Numbered from the stretch's first letter, positions 42,407 to 56,013 are shown. The stretch is DNA of 64,000 bases from Eukaryota sp. TZLM1-RC (GCA_040285825.1 JAUPSS010000003.1:3410001-3474000), one strand, 5' to 3'. Numbers and translations are program-made. The notes: generated from the letters alone by a model not told the origin.

Positions 42407-42919
42407 ATGGTTCCAGTGGATGAACTCCAAAGTTTAAAATGTCCTATACACCAGGGTGTTCTCATCGATGCTGTGGTTTTGTCTTGTGGACATACATTGT
42501 GTCATTTGTGTGCTGCTGAACTGCTCAGTTGCTCCCAAGTCCGCTGCCCTGTTTGCTCTGACGTTTCTTCTTCTGAGTTACTTCCCAACTATACCGTGCA
42601 CAACGTTATCAGTGAACTAGACAGTCATATTCCACCGGATCAACTTTTAACCCCCGATGAGCTGTTTGAATTAGGTAGAAAACATTACTATTTAGGCACT
42701 ACTGAATCTAGGCGTAGAGCTATTCGCTTTATTACCCGAGCTGCTGAACAAGGTCATGGTAGAGCAGCCAATAGCTTGGGGTTGTGTTATCGCGATGGGC
42801 ATGGAGTTGGTCAAGACTTAATATCTGCGGAGCGATGGTTCAAGAAGGCAGTTCAGGCGGGGTATCCTGATGCACGTAAGAATCTTCATAATCTGAATCA
42901 ACTGTGTAGCTTGTTGTAG
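42407..42919 (+). CDS. RING finger + Sel1-like repeat protein
   Basis: CPIH..SCGHTLCHLC..CPVC; RAAEQGHGRAANSLGLCYRDGHGV.QDL..A.RWFKKA..AG. Confidence 0.9.
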   Translation: MVPVDELQSLKCPIHQGVLIDAVVLSCGHTLCHLCAAELLSCSQVRCPVCSDVSSSELLPNYTVHNVISELDSHIPPDQLLTPDELFELGRKHYYLGTTESRRRAIRFITRAAEQGHGRAANSLGLCYRDGHGVGQDLISAERWFKKAVQAGYPDARKNLHNLNQLCSLL

Positions 42920-43316
42920 TGCTTGTTTTGTGTCCTTAAAAACTTTATTTTTTTCCTTTTTCATTATTTCTCGAAAGAATTCAATGTAAAACCTTTATTT
43001 GAATGTCAAGCAGCATTTGTAGGTAGTGGAATAATTCTGTTTTTGAATTTCTTAATTGTTTTCCGGAAGATTGCTTTTTGTGTAATCCACTTTCTAGTAA
43101 ATAGTTGCTTGACCTCGATGTAAGGTTGATCAAGGTTAGTTTCAGTTCAAAAACTGAACCCACTGGTTTTCGAACTTGAGCCTAACCTATCAAAAAATAA
43201 GCCTTAGTAATGCAATTCTTTCTTTTTATTCACTCGTTTATTCAACAAAAACTAATAAAAACAGACAACAAACCAAATACCAAACTTGATTATCTAATTA
43301 CATCATTGTGTCGCAG

Positions 43317-46300
43317 TGATGATCTGCGGGGGTTAGACATAGTATACCTGAAATTTAAAGTAATTTATTACAAGGGAAAGAGGATTTCCCTTAACTTAAG
43401 CGCATGGGCGCAATGATACAATAAACTATAAATAAACTATTATAAATATTATCCAAGGCTAACACTGCCCTTTCTTCTTTTCGAGCGTCGAGGCCTGATA
43501 GGAGTAGGATTAACATTATTATTAATATTATCAGAACGACGTTTACAACGGGAAGGACGAGAGCGAGTATTAGATATAGACTTGGAGAATTCTTTGTAAG
43601 CAGAGGTGTTTTGAACAGTCGAAACCAGCTCAGTGGTAATATGATTGCCAGGCCATTGGACTTGCCAGTAATCACCATCCTGACTGAGGACTTTCTGAAT
43701 CACGTGCTCTTCTGCATCGCCAGCAGCAACCCAGGAGTGAAATTCATCATCTGCTGGTAAACTGGAATGCCAAGGTTGGAGGTGCTTCACACTGGCTTTA
43801 ACAACTATACCAGTACACAGCTTCTTTTTATCAACTGTGGAGGTAGAGGGTGTGTCAATAACTAAAAATGGCCCTTTGTAATTACCATGTAACTTAGCAG
43901 TGGAAGACGTAGCTCGTTTGACCAATTGGCCAGGAGAAAAAGGGTTGGCTTCGATTTGGGAATCACGAGGAGGAGCCTTGGAAGCTTGACAGAGCTCTGC
44001 TTCCTCCTGTTTCTTCTTCAATCTAGCAAATTTAGATTGAATGTCGTTGATATACGTTGACTCAGACTTTGAGCTTTCGAGGGTCTTTATGATTTTGCCG
44101 GGGTCAGCTCTGGGGCTAAAATTTGAACCAAACATGAGCTCGTATGGAGAGTAATCTGTAATCGAACTCTTGGATGAGTTGATTAACAATTGTACATAGG
44201 GTATGTACTCTGACCATGCATCGTAGGCGTTGAAGTCTACGAGCAGCTTCCTCAAATTCTGCAGAATGTCACGGTGACGGCGTTCGACTAAACCGTTGGA
44301 CTCAGAGAAGTGAGGGACGGACTTGGAGACCTCTATGCCCAAAAACTCACATAGAGCGTCGAAGACAGCTTTTGAGAACTCTGGGCCGTTGTCACTATGA
44401 ACTATGAACGGGTTCCAAATATCGCGCATACCTTCCATATGAGAGCGTCAGCGGTAAGGTTGGCGTTGAATTCTTTGAGAGGGACTATGATGGTGAACCT
44501 CGTGAAGCTATCCACAAATACAAGAATGTATCTGTGTCCGTCTTGATCTTCTGGAAGAGGACCAATGACGTCGACGTTAACTCTTGCAAATGGTCTGTCA
44601 GCCCACAAGGAACCAGTTGTAGGGACATGCAGTTTGGGGACTGCTGCTGTCTTCTGACAGGAGGGGTATTCTTGGACGTGCTTGGTCATGTCAAAAAGCA
44701 TTATAGGCCACCAGTAGTCGCTGTTCTTGAGTCTGAGGAGACTTTCTGCCTTACTGGGGTGGCCACCTTGCGGGAGTCCATGTAGAAGGTTAAGCGTATC
44801 CTTAACCAGTGATTGAGGAATCACGATCTTGTGCTCTGGAGTTAGATAAAGATCTAGACGACTATCCAAAGTACAGTTGTTTAACGAGGTGTCCTGGTTA
44901 GCGAGAGCTCGCTTTTGTTCGGACCTGATCTTGCAGAGCCATGGCTCGAAGAGTGGAAGGTCATTGGAGCATTTATCTTGAAGGATAAGCACCTTCTCGA
45001 ATGTATGGAGATCTTCAACGAAGCATCTCTCTGACTCAGTTTCATCAATCCTATTTGTGTAGTAGATAAGGTGAAACTCTTGGTCGTTGGAATGGACCAG
45101 ATGGTTGATGGTATGATTGTCTTGGGGTGGTACTATCCTAGATAGCATGTCTGCCCAATGGTTCTCTTCCCCTTTTGTATGAACGATGTCGAATAGGAAC
45201 TCAGAAAAGATGGGAAGCCACCTTCTGACTATTCTGTTTTTGTTCGGAGCGGTAAGCATGTAAGTAAGGTTTTGGTGATCTGTGAAAATAATCAGACGCC
45301 TTCCTTTGAGGTAGTTCTCGAAGCCACTTTCGGTAAGCATTAGAAAGATAGCATAAAGCACTTTCTGTACCGTGGGCCAGTTCTGCTGGGAGTTAGTCAA
45401 CAATCTGCTGACGAAGCTGATTGGTCTACATTTCCTATTGAATAACGAAGTACCAGGGACCTTAGTGGGTTCTATTTGTTCCCAAATCACGTGGAGGGGG
45501 TTATTGTATCTCTGATCGAGAGGGAGGTTCCGGTTTTCCCTGCTAATGGATTGAGGAGTGGCAGGAGGACGAGAACGTTCCTCAAGTTGCCTTCTTAGTT
45601 CAGACACTTCTCCTGCTAGTCTGATTTGAGTAGGATCAGATTCATTGATATATCTCTCTTCAATGGTCCTCTTAGTCCTTGCATACAGAATAAATCTGTC
45701 GATGAATTTCAAGATCCTTACTGGGTCAGAGATATCGTTATCTTCCAGGGTGGGTTTTCTAGGACGACCACCTCTTTGTCTATCTCTGTCTCTATCCTGT
45801 GAACTCGCCATAGCTTCCATCAGTAGAGTGTTAGAATACTGAAAAGCTATAGGAGTGTTAGATGGAGTTACTCCTGGGAGCCTAGGGTCCTGAGGAACCT
45901 GGGAAGGAGTTGATGGATCTTGTGATTGGACAGCTACAGGTTGTTGCACCGTCTCAGGGGTGTCTGTAGTCGCCATCGGTTCATCTTGTTGATCATTTGG
46001 AGGCTCAATGCTCAAAGATGAGAAAACAGTGTCTGAATCCACTGGGTCATGACTGCTCGGATAGTAACTTTCCAAACTACCATCGATGTTGACCCATAGA
46101 AGAGAACTTGAAATGGTGACACCAATGTTCTCCTGTACATTCATAAGGGCATCCCTGAGAGGCCTATTCCTTCTATGTTCGATACCAAAATACGACGCAC
46201 AATGGTCTGGTCTACGATCTTGAAGGTACAATCTCTGAAAATTTGTTGTGTAGGTGTACCACCATCCAGTCCTGAAGTCTCTGTTAATATAAATATCCAG

Positions 46301-47917
46301 AGAAGCATTGTATCCAGGGCTAAACCTGGGAAAAGGACATGGATTGCACCGGTTGAGGAAGAGATTCAACTAATCGCCAGCGAAGATCCTCTGTACACCT
46401 TCACGAGGAGTTCTGAACCCTCCAACAGTATCCCGTTGAGGATAATTTGGAGGGGTTCACAACGAACCGTAAGATTGTCTACTTCCTCCGTTGGGAAGTA
46501 GGGGCCTATTCTTCTGCAGATCCTGACGCCGTGATCATTAACTACTTCTGGACCCCAAAATGGGGGTCAAGCAGCAATGAGTCCATTGGGAGGAATCGAT
46601 GCAGGATCTGCTTGCATTAACTCAATACCAGCATTAAGAACTAACTTTTGAGCTTCAGTTCTCTGCTGAGTAGAGATAAAGGGAGAGTCTGATTCCTGAG
46701 GCTGACTTGGGGCTTGATAGGTGTTAGGCTGTGCAGCGCTAAGCACCTGCCAAGCAGCAGGAACAGAAGAAACAACGTGACCTTGCTGAGGAGTCTGGCC
46801 AGAGGTTGGAGGGATATGAATTACTCCTCTAGTAGGAACTTTCGAAGAAGGAACAGCTGGAGCTGAGTGGACTTCTGAAGGAGCTACCGTAGTAGGAACA
46901 GAAGTATCAGGAAGACCTGCTACGGGAACTTCTTGAGAAGGAGTAGTAGGATTAGGGTTACCAGCAGGTACTGTAGGAGAAGCTGGTTGTTGCGGTGGGC
47001 TGCTTTTCATTGGAACTTCCGTAGAAGGAGTGGAAGGAGCTCGTTGTCCTTCCTCAGGATCTTCCGTAGAAGGAGTGGAAGGAGCTCGTTGTCCTTCCTC
47101 AGGATCTTCCGTAGAAGGAGTGGAAGGAGCTCGTTGTCCTTCCTTAGGAACTTCCGTAGAAGAAGTGGAAGGGACGACAGGAGCGCAAACTATAGGTGAA
47201 AGGGAGACTCTACATCTTGAGCTTCAGCAGGTCAGATATGTTGTTGCTGGCCGAGTCAGGGTCAGTCTGGTTGATATACTTCAGATATTCTGGTTGATAT
47301 ACTTCAGATATTCATCTAAAGTACTGAACTGTTCAGGACCTAAAAGGGAATCTTCAACCTCTCCTTCAGAACCAGGGGGAGAAGAAAGAGGTACAAAGTT
47401 TTCCACATTAGAGGCAGGAACAAGAAGACTGATAGGAACCACAGGAACATCCGTGGATGGAGTGGGACCTTGACTCGGAGGGTGAGAGGAAGTATCACTT
47501 CTCTCGCCACCAGAGGTTAGTTCTGTTCCCAACTGAGGAGTTTAAGAGCAAGAACTTGATGCATTGGGTTGCGTGACTGAATCTCCGGAAGGAGGAGTCG
47601 ACGCAGGAGGAGGAGAAGCATTGCTTCCCTCGGATCCAGTTGTCAAGGGTTGTTCTGTTCCCGACTGAGGAGTTCGGGAGGCAAAACTCGAATGGTGAGA
47701 CGTAGGAGGATCAGTCCTAATAGTCTCAGATGTGTCATTGGAACCACCCAAAGATGATCCAATACGTATTGATGATCTGCGGGGATTAGAAATAGTATAC
47801 CTGAAATGTAAAGTAATTTATTACAAGGGAAAGAGGATTTCCCTTAACTTAAGCGTATGGGCGCAATGATACAATAAACTATAAATAAACTATTATAAAT
47901 ATTATCCAAGGCTAACA
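43317..47917 (-). mobile_element. Non-autonomous Ty3/gypsy element (protease and RT deleted); LTRs 47770-47917 and 43317-43464; TSD GCAG
   Basis: 148-bp LTRs with 4 mismatches. GCAG at 43313-43316 and 47918-47921. Gag joins RNase H directly near 45490. Integrase is frameshifted at about 44420. Confidence 0.96.
47016..47172. repeat. 45-bp tandem repeat (about 3.5 copies) within gag
   Basis: Unit CTTCCGTAGAAGGAGTGGAAGGAGCTCGTTGTCCTTCCTCAGGAT, encoding PSTPSTEDPEEGQRA on the minus strand. Confidence 0.95.
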
Positions 47918-47999
47918 GCAGAACAGTAATTCCTCAGAATTTCAAAAAGTGCAGATGTTGTGTAACTCAATGCAAGTTATTTGAAGAAAGAGTCCCCTG

Positions 48000-48766
48000 T
48001 AGGAATTCAATTTGAATCGAGTTAAGTTAACTCAAATCAAACTTATTTGACTCAACTCGACTCATGAGTCAAATGAGTTGACCCGACTCGACACATTCCT
48101 GCATACATTGTCTCAAATCGACTCATGAGTCAAATGAGTTGACTCGACTCAACACATTCCTGCATACATTGTCTCAAATCGACTCATTAGTCAAATGAGT
48201 TGGCTTGACTCGGCTCACTCCTGCATACATTCTCTTAAATCTTGTTCAACATCATCATAGACAATGTTCTCTTCACATATTATGTTATTTCAAATAAAAA
48301 TCATATTGTATTTGAAACAGATCAAACAAATAAACTAAAATCTACTAACCTGAATTTAATCTAATTATCAACCATAATTTGTTGTTTTTTATACCATGAC
48401 CTTAAACATAACAAACATCTTGCAGTATCTTTATTTAAACGGGCTCATAAACAGTTTAAACAGAATGGAAAACAGTTGAAATATAAGTTGTTTTTATTAC
48501 AAGTCTAGGATGTACAATATCTACGAATATGACCTACTACATGACACTTTCCACGTGACCTGTATTCTGTTAAAAGTTTTGAGTCTTTCCTGGAGATGGA
48601 GGAAATAGATGTTGAATGATGTTAGATACAGTTTAACGATTTACTAAGGATGAACTACGTAGTCTTGGCGTGTAATCGAAGAACAGGAGAAGAACAGGAG
48701 AAGAACAGGAGAGGAAGAAGTTTTATGTCACAGAGTGGAGTTGACTCAACTCAAATCGAAATCCTA
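48000..48766. mobile_element. hAT-type MITE
   Basis: TIRs TAGGAATTCAATTTGA and (reverse complement) TAGGATTTCGATTTGA. 8-bp TSD GTCCCCTG/GTCCCCCG. GACTC/GAGTC subterminal motifs. Confidence 0.85.
48057..48239. repeat. 61-bp tandem repeat x3 inside the MITE
   Basis: Units start at 48057, 48118 and 48179 (TCGACTCATGAGTCAAATGAGTTG...). Confidence 0.95.
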
Positions 48767-49666
48767 GTCCCCCGTTAAACTCATTTTGTCAATATCAAAT
48801 TTTGTATTTTGAGTTTTTTATTATTGTACTCGTCACGAACATGACATAATGCTCAGATTAAATATGAACAAATTTTGGTGAATTTGAACCTGAACCATGA
48901 TTACCCTAATCAATATCGAAAGTGACTAAATGAGACCAAATATCTGGTGTGAATGTTTTTCTGATACAGTTCAACTTATTTAACTAAGAAAAGTTAACGA
49001 AAAAATTTTCGGTTTTTGTGTAAAGCTCCGAAAAGATCTCACAGTAATTTTCTTGAATTTTAATAAGAAATTTATTCTTGCAGCAGTTAGATTTAAAAAT
49101 TCAACCATAAAAACTTAACTAATACTTTAACCAACTAAAACCCCATTAATTGATTGTCGGCAGATTTTCGCTATTCACTTGAATAGCAACTCGCTTGAAT
49201 TTAGATAGACGTGAAAAACAAATATTGAGTATTTTAAATAAATTGTTCAATTTGTGTTTCTGTATACAGCAGGGGTCACCGATCGTATTTAATTTGAACC
49301 GAAAGTTCTGCTGCAAAATTTTGATCTGCTAAGTTTCTCATTTCTAAATCCTCTAATGTGGTTGAATAAATAAAGATGCTCAATAACTTTAGAGTTATTT
49401 TTAATCACACTAAGTATCACATCCTTTATCAAATATTAAAAACAGTGTAAATAACAGAATCATGTAATGAAGAACCATAAGGTATCATTTTGGGGCATCT
49501 AAGAGCGTGACTTATGTTGAGCACTGAATTTGAAGAAATAGAGTTTTCTTTTGATAATAGTCGATTGTAATGTTCAAGTCATTTCAAGTCATTCTTGTTG
49601 TTGACTAACAAAATTCTTCAAACTGATTGCTTGAGAAACAGTTTTTTTATAAGTTCCCATAGTTCA

Positions 49667-50323
49667 ATGGGTGAGGACTCTGGGTGCTCGATTGAGGAAC
49701 TGTGTTCCTACTTAGAAGAGTCTCTTAGACGCTCAGAATATCTTCTTTCATCAACTGCGTCATGTATTATTTCAGCTCACAAGACAGAATCAGGCAACAG
49801 TTATGAAACTCTGACAAAAGCCCTCTCTACTGCTCGTGAATACAGAAAGAACATAGTCTCTACCATTCGTCAGATCGCAAAGACTATCCAATCGTTGCCT
49901 GATGATCAACCATCAGATCAGCACATTAGATCAACATGCTCATCACAAAATGATCTCGATTTATCGGTACTACTAAAGCTTCGTTCGACCTTGGTACATC
50001 AAATTCAACTATCTCAAGACTCCTGTAGGTCAACAGAAGAAGTATCACAGCTGGAAAACGATTTAGAAAAGATCAATTGTGAACTCTCCAAACGTGACCT
50101 ATCCCTTGATTCCAGCATGGAAAACCTTGTAGATGACGTTGTCAAGAATGATGTTGAGAACTTCAATGATTCGGTTTCTCTATTTGCTGATTGTCAGGAT
50201 TCCCTCTGTGAGAACCTCGTTGTTCCAGAAACACCCATTGTGAGAAAGGAGAAACCTGCTGAATCTTTTCGAAGCCCTAAAATGGAACCTTCGATGTTGT
50301 CTTCTTTGCTGGAGAACATGTAA
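49667..50323 (+). CDS. Hypothetical helical/coiled-coil protein
   Basis: Uninterrupted ~218-aa frame from ATG 49667. Confidence 0.7.
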   Translation: MGEDSGCSIEELCSYLEESLRRSEYLLSSTASCIISAHKTESGNSYETLTKALSTAREYRKNIVSTIRQIAKTIQSLPDDQPSDQHIRSTCSSQNDLDLSVLLKLRSTLVHQIQLSQDSCRSTEEVSQLENDLEKINCELSKRDLSLDSSMENLVDDVVKNDVENFNDSVSLFADCQDSLCENLVVPETPIVRKEKPAESFRSPKMEPSMLSSLLENM

Positions 50324-51079
50324 TAATTCGTTAATTCAATCATTTTTGATTGATTCATGACTGTTGGGCAACCATTTTTTGGTCTCAGTTTATGGTTGTA
50401 TCTGAAGAGTCTTGTACTTGATCAATTTTACATGTCCTTTCAGTGCGAAAGTAGAAAAAATGAACCCTTTTTCAATCAATTTATCATACTTTTTCATCAT
50501 TTGTGGAATAAGTGAGGTATGATTATCTTAAATTGATTTTGCTTCATTTTAAAATTTCATAACATCAATAAAATATCATTATTCGTATGTAATTAAAATT
50601 ATTTATTGTTTTTATTTTACTCATAATTTTATTTTTAACATGCATTTTGTCACTAATGAGTGTTGAATCAACAGGTCCAGGCTGCACTTAGAAGTTTCAC
50701 TTATTTGCAAAATATATCACATTGTGTCAGAAGACTCCATCTAAACTTCTTTCTGTCGTGACGATGACCACAGTTTTTCCAGAAAGTTTGAGTGCAAAGA
50801 AGGCCAAAATGAAAAGATTTGTGAAGTAGTGCAATGCAAAAACTAGAAATGAGAAAAACCTAATTGGAATCTGATTGATTGATGAATTGGATGGACGAGA
50901 GAGATCAAATGTGTTAAAGTGACATGAGTCTCAAACCAATGTTATTGAATCAACTGATGCAAGCCTAAAAGATATTGGACACGGTTCTGACAATGCTGGC
51001 CTACACATGAGTCCGATTCAACAACTTAGTCTTATAACATTATTTTAAAAGTAATAGAGTTTTTATGTTTGAACTAATA

Positions 51080-53095
51080 CAACACTTCACAAAATAAACT
51101 CAGAACTAATGGGACTAAATTCAATGAACCACGATGTCCTCTACAAAATCCTGTTCTGCTTGTTTTCTCGCTGTTGCTTCTCTTATTCAATGAAAAACCG
51201 AGGTAATATACTAATAAAAGCAAATTCATGACCGTCACAAAAAGATATCAAATCTTTTCATTGTTTTTTCTTGACCCAATTTGAGGATATCATTCAAAAA
51301 GTTTCCTACTTCTATTGATAGTCTTCCGTTTATTGAAAATGGGAAAGCAATAAAAACAAGTGGTCTATTTCTATCGGTGTTAGCTTCTTCGATATCTTTG
51401 TCATATTTTCTATGTTTTTCTTTAGCATTAAATTCAAGAGCACTTACAGGATTAAGTTTTCTTCTTTGAACCAAAGTGTCATTTGCAACATTACAGGAGA
51501 CAAAATCAACAACAGCCTCAGAGTTCTCAATCCAATCACAGTATATATCACCTCTATCATCAGAGCCATAATTACTCAGAGAAAGTGTTTCATTCAGTAG
51601 AGGCTCTTTGATACACGATATTCTTGCAGTTCGTGTCATATTAAAAACAGTGTCTCTTACAGCATCATGTAATGGAGAACGATAAGTAATCAATTTCGAA
51701 CAATTCAGAGCATGATGCAAAGTGAGCTGAGGTGAAATCGAACAAATACATTTTTCTTTTAATAATAATTGATTAATGGGAATATTCAAATATAATCTCA
51801 TTTTTGTTGTAAACGCTTCATTGGTAGCACACAGTGCAAATCTTCGTGGTACAATGGTCACAAACAGTGAAGAATCTGATGACTGATTTTCACAATCACC
51901 TTCTCCAATAACAATGAGTGGAAATCTTTATTTAAAAGAGGCGAGTTGCAAATATTTTTCTAAAGATCATTTTCATACATTCCAGTCAATCGTTTCTGTA
52001 ATGTTCGAAGAGTGTATTTTAAATTTAAAAAATTCTTTTCTGCAATATTGCCATTGAATGATTGGGGAAAGCATCGATCCATTTTTCTACATCAATTTTT
52101 GAAATTTTTTCATTTAATGTAAAAACAGTAGAACTTGGCGTTGTCACCAATAAATATTCTCAATCGGCAAGTCTTTCAGAAAACTCAAAGATTGCATTTC
52201 TACAATCACCAATAAAAGCACATGTAGTCAGAATAGAGGCTTTAGTCCAACCTAAACCGCAATAATGTGGACTAAGGTAAGCATGATCAGGAACTTGGGA
52301 CGTTTTACATCCTATTAATTGAAACAAAACTATAGCACGTAATTCATTGAACTTTTGGGCTACAGGTCTAGATATAAGAGGATTAATAGTTCGAAATTCA
52401 TGATTGAAATTTTAATTGAAACACAGGCTTACTAAAGTAAATTGGATGTGTTTCTATACATCCATTTTCATTATTGGGTCAATTTTTTCAGAAATAACGT
52501 TCAATCTGTCAAAGAATTGTTTGGAGATTTCATCATTATTTCCTAAAAACCAAACTTACTGATGGATTGCATCAGATGAATATAACATGGCTTGAATTTC
52601 AATTCCATCAACTTTTGTTGAAATTGGAGAATTTGAAAGTAAATTACACTTAAGTAAGTTCAGTCGGAGGCACATTTTGTTCAATTGTTCTAAAGTTGCT
52701 TGTTTCACAATCTTAAAGTTACCTATCAATACTACATCGTCCATGTAAGCAATCATCTTCAGTGGAGGAAACAAAGCTGAAATGTCAGTTGAAATAAGAG
52801 ATGTCCTAAGGGGTCCCCTTGTTCAACGCCATTGGAGGATTTCAAACTAGAATCAACACAAAACAAATTTGAATTAGTGCAGCCTGTCGATTGAAAATAA
52901 GGTAACAAATCTACCAATTCTTTCATCAAGGGGTTTTGATTACTACCTCTATAAAATTGAATTGAAAACATTACTGAAATCTAACAACAAACATAGTTTT
53001 GATTCATTTTGATGAAATGAAACATCTGTAGCAAAGACTGCTGACGCAAGACCAGCAGCAATTTTAATTCCATATTGAAAAACTAACATTGCTGA
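51080..53095 (-). mobile_element. RLE family B copy including a degenerate RT
   Basis: GVEQGDPLG, IAYMDD, Zn knuckle and RLE; several frameshifts. Confidence 0.88.
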
Positions 53096-53109
53096 CTTCA
53101 AAATTTAAA

Positions 53110-54100
53110 ATAATATTTATTTATCAAATAGCGAATAAGAATTCATCAAATACACAAGAAAAGCCTTACATCCTCAAAACCTGCCTCTCCTACATCGAAA
53201 CAGTCAATTACTAAAAATTTAGAAAATTTACCAAAAGAAAAAAGTGAATCAGAAATTAATTTCACTATTCCGTTATGAATGGAAAATACAATCCTGTTTT
53301 TCCAGTAAACACGATTGAAAATTCTTCCAGTTCTTTCCTTTACAACTACAACAAAAACCTCAAGGAAAGGCAAAGCAGCGTCCCCTAAGGATCTGAGCAA
53401 TGGAATAACAAAGGGATATAAACTATATTGGGCATGAGAATTTTCATTGACAGAAAAAAAAGGTTCGCGTATTTAGCAATTTTGTATGTTTCACCAGCAA
53501 GAAGAGGATTACTAACATCTGAATTAACAAAATGTTCGTTAGAAGAATTACAAGGGTCAATAGACATGGCGTCCAAAATAGTAAAACTACCATTTAAACC
53601 GGGAACAACTAGATCACCTCTTGTCAGACCCATAGAAGCTCTGTTGTAGCGCGTACTATCAATATGGGGGTCAGCAAGAATTAATTTTGATAGCAAAGGC
53701 TCTAAAAAGGAATATACTCGATATGATTTGCAATTTCATAAATTTGGTCCCTGACATTATTATGCACTTTACTTTTAAATGTACTAAAATGCTTACAGTT
53801 CAAAAGATGAGTAAACAAAAGGGTTTATAACAATTACTTGTTAAATGATTAGGCAAATTGTGTGGCCATAGAAAACAACGAAAACGCATTTTTCAAAGCC
53901 ATCCATTGTTTTTTCAAAAGAAGGTCACAAAGCGAGGAAATTTGAGTAACTAAAGCAGCAACAGAACTATTACGAGTGTCCTTTAAAAATATTCGAAAGC
54001 GGGATTTTCAGTTTTGGCCAAGCAATGTCTTACTTCATGAACCAAGCCTTCATACAATTTAACCAGATGCTGCTGAAGCTTTTTTAGGCAAAAACGTAAT
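53110..54100 (-). mobile_element. RLE family A 3' fragment (degenerate)
   Basis: Collinear with 14980-15920. Confidence 0.88.
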
Positions 54101-54612
54101 TTTGCAAAAAACATTGTTGATTTTGCTTTTTCTTTCAATATATTCAAACAACCCTGAATAGGAAAAATGATATGTCAACCTTCATAGACTGCAATGTGCT
54201 TTTGCAATGGGACCTCTATTTATTGTTGAATTTCTGACAAGTGCAGTCAAACGTGAACACTTTAATTCTTCAAGATATTTGAGCTGACCTGAACAATCTT
54301 TTAAAGAAAAACCGCAGCCTTGATATGATCTATAGAAAGTTTAGAATGTCCAGCATACTTTCCACGTGGTCTTGTTTCTAATAACTGACAGAACTTCTGA
54401 TGCCATCAATGATTCACTTTCTCAACAATCTCAATTATATTTTTGACCTGCAAGTGGTTCTTCAAATAAACACAGATTCATAAGCTGGTCACTATCTGAA
54501 TTATTTGTAGCTTTAACTCCTAGATTCATAGAGGACAATGTAGATTATGATAAAGATTTGAAATATAAGATTTCATTCAATCTTGGGACATTTTTATTGG
54601 TCAATTAAACAT

Positions 54613-56013
54613 ATGTTGTCCACGGACGACTTCCAGGATGCCATAGAGCTATTGAATGACAACCAGGAAGCGTTGCGACAGCAGGTCTCCAACGTCATTG
54701 ACAAACAGTCTTTATCACGCTCCTCATCCATCTCCATCTTCTCTGGCAAACCAGATTCTGCATCTTATGCATCTGCCTTAGACTTTGTTGATGTTGTCCC
54801 TGTTTCTGATGAATCTGTACCTACCACCACGATTCCCCAACCCACTGCTGCTGTTACCCCTCCACTCTCCCCATTCCATAGCCAATCTATCCCCCCTTTC
54901 AATGACTTGGAAGACGGACATCTCTCAGATGAATCCCCGTTTGCTGAACTTGAACGTCTATCTGTTTCCTCCCTCAAAGACCACGCCTCCTCGCTTACCT
55001 CGCAGATCAGATCACTGTTGGAAAAGGATCTTGGAGATGATGTTTGTGCAGATAACCTGATACCCCAATCCAATACAGAAGATTCAACCCATTTAAAGGA
55101 GCAGTGCGAACAACTAGAGTCTTTATTAGACTATCTGACCACCAGAATAGCCTTGGTTCAATCATACAAGGATTATTGTGAATTGACCCAATCAGTGGTT
55201 AGCAGCGGATTGGAGGAAGTGGTTGGATTTGAAGAATATTATGATCATGTAATGAATCTTTATTCCTCAGTAGTTGCTTTTGAACGGGATTTCAATCAAA
55301 ATTTGATAGTTGATGGTCAGAATGTTGCTTTAAAATTAGAAAATGTTGTCAGCAATTTAAACCATGATTCTGATCTTATTCATACTTTAAAAACAATTCA
55401 GTCAAGATTTCAATCACCAACTAATCGCCGAGAAGTCCGGCAGTCACGTGATCAGATCAAGAGCACACGTGATCAGGCCAAATGTCAAAGCCCATTATCC
55501 CCCACTAAAAAGAATATTTGGAAACCTGTTTTTCCCAAACAACCAAGCCCTAAAGCTGATGTTTTATCTAAATACAACAAATACGAGGATTCTAAATGGG
55601 AGAATTCCTTGAGAAAATCCAAGAACAACTCTCCAAAGACCTCTAATTCAATCAGCAGAAGGACCAAGCCTCATGTGCTTCAGGACCAGCCAGTTTCTCC
55701 TTTGCTGGCGGAAAGCAGAGACGGAAGGGTTATGACTGAAGTAAGTGAAGGGAAGAAAAGAAGAGAATCATTGCGTGTCGCGGATTTGATTGATAGTAAA
55801 GGGTCGAAAACGTCACGTCATCAGGTCAAAAGTCCACGTCATCATGATGTGGAGTCTTTAAAAAATTCAGTGTCAGTTCCAATGCCCAGATCGCCTATTT
55901 CCCCAGCGATTACTATGAGTTCTATTTATCCTGAGGTTGTTGATCAAGAAACTTCTGGTGTTGGGTCCAGTTTAGAGCGTATCAGGTTGCTTAAAAGTCT
56001 TCTTCCTAATTAA
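54613..56013 (+). CDS. Hypothetical protein, coiled coil plus S/P-rich disordered tail
   Basis: Open frame of ~466 aa from ATG 54613, with AATAAA after the stop. Confidence 0.75.
   Translation: MLSTDDFQDAIELLNDNQEALRQQVSNVIDKQSLSRSSSISIFSGKPDSASYASALDFVDVVPVSDESVPTTTIPQPTAAVTPPLSPFHSQSIPPFNDLEDGHLSDESPFAELERLSVSSLKDHASSLTSQIRSLLEKDLGDDVCADNLIPQSNTEDSTHLKEQCEQLESLLDYLTTRIALVQSYKDYCELTQSVVSSGLEEVVGFEEYYDHVMNLYSSVVAFERDFNQNLIVDGQNVALKLENVVSNLNHDSDLIHTLKTIQSRFQSPTNRREVRQSRDQIKSTRDQAKCQSPLSPTKKNIWKPVFPKQPSPKADVLSKYNKYEDSKWENSLRKSKNNSPKTSNSISRRTKPHVLQDQPVSPLLAESRDGRVMTEVSEGKKRRESLRVADLIDSKGSKTSRHQVKSPRHHDVESLKNSVSVPMPRSPISPAITMSSIYPEVVDQETSGVGSSLERIRLLKSLLPN

Noticed and set aside
47016-47172. 45-bp repeats as a CRISPR-like array
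   Set aside because: Contiguous in-frame coding repeats inside gag, with no spacers.
48057-48239. 61-bp repeats with a palindromic core as a CRISPR or guide array
   Set aside because: Units are nearly identical along their whole length and lie inside a hAT MITE as subterminal repeats.
54130-54560. Coding-like remnants (also 18290-18660, 29830-30010, 50350-51000 and 58640-58960)
   Set aside because: Could not be assigned to any family by eye; BLASTX would be needed.
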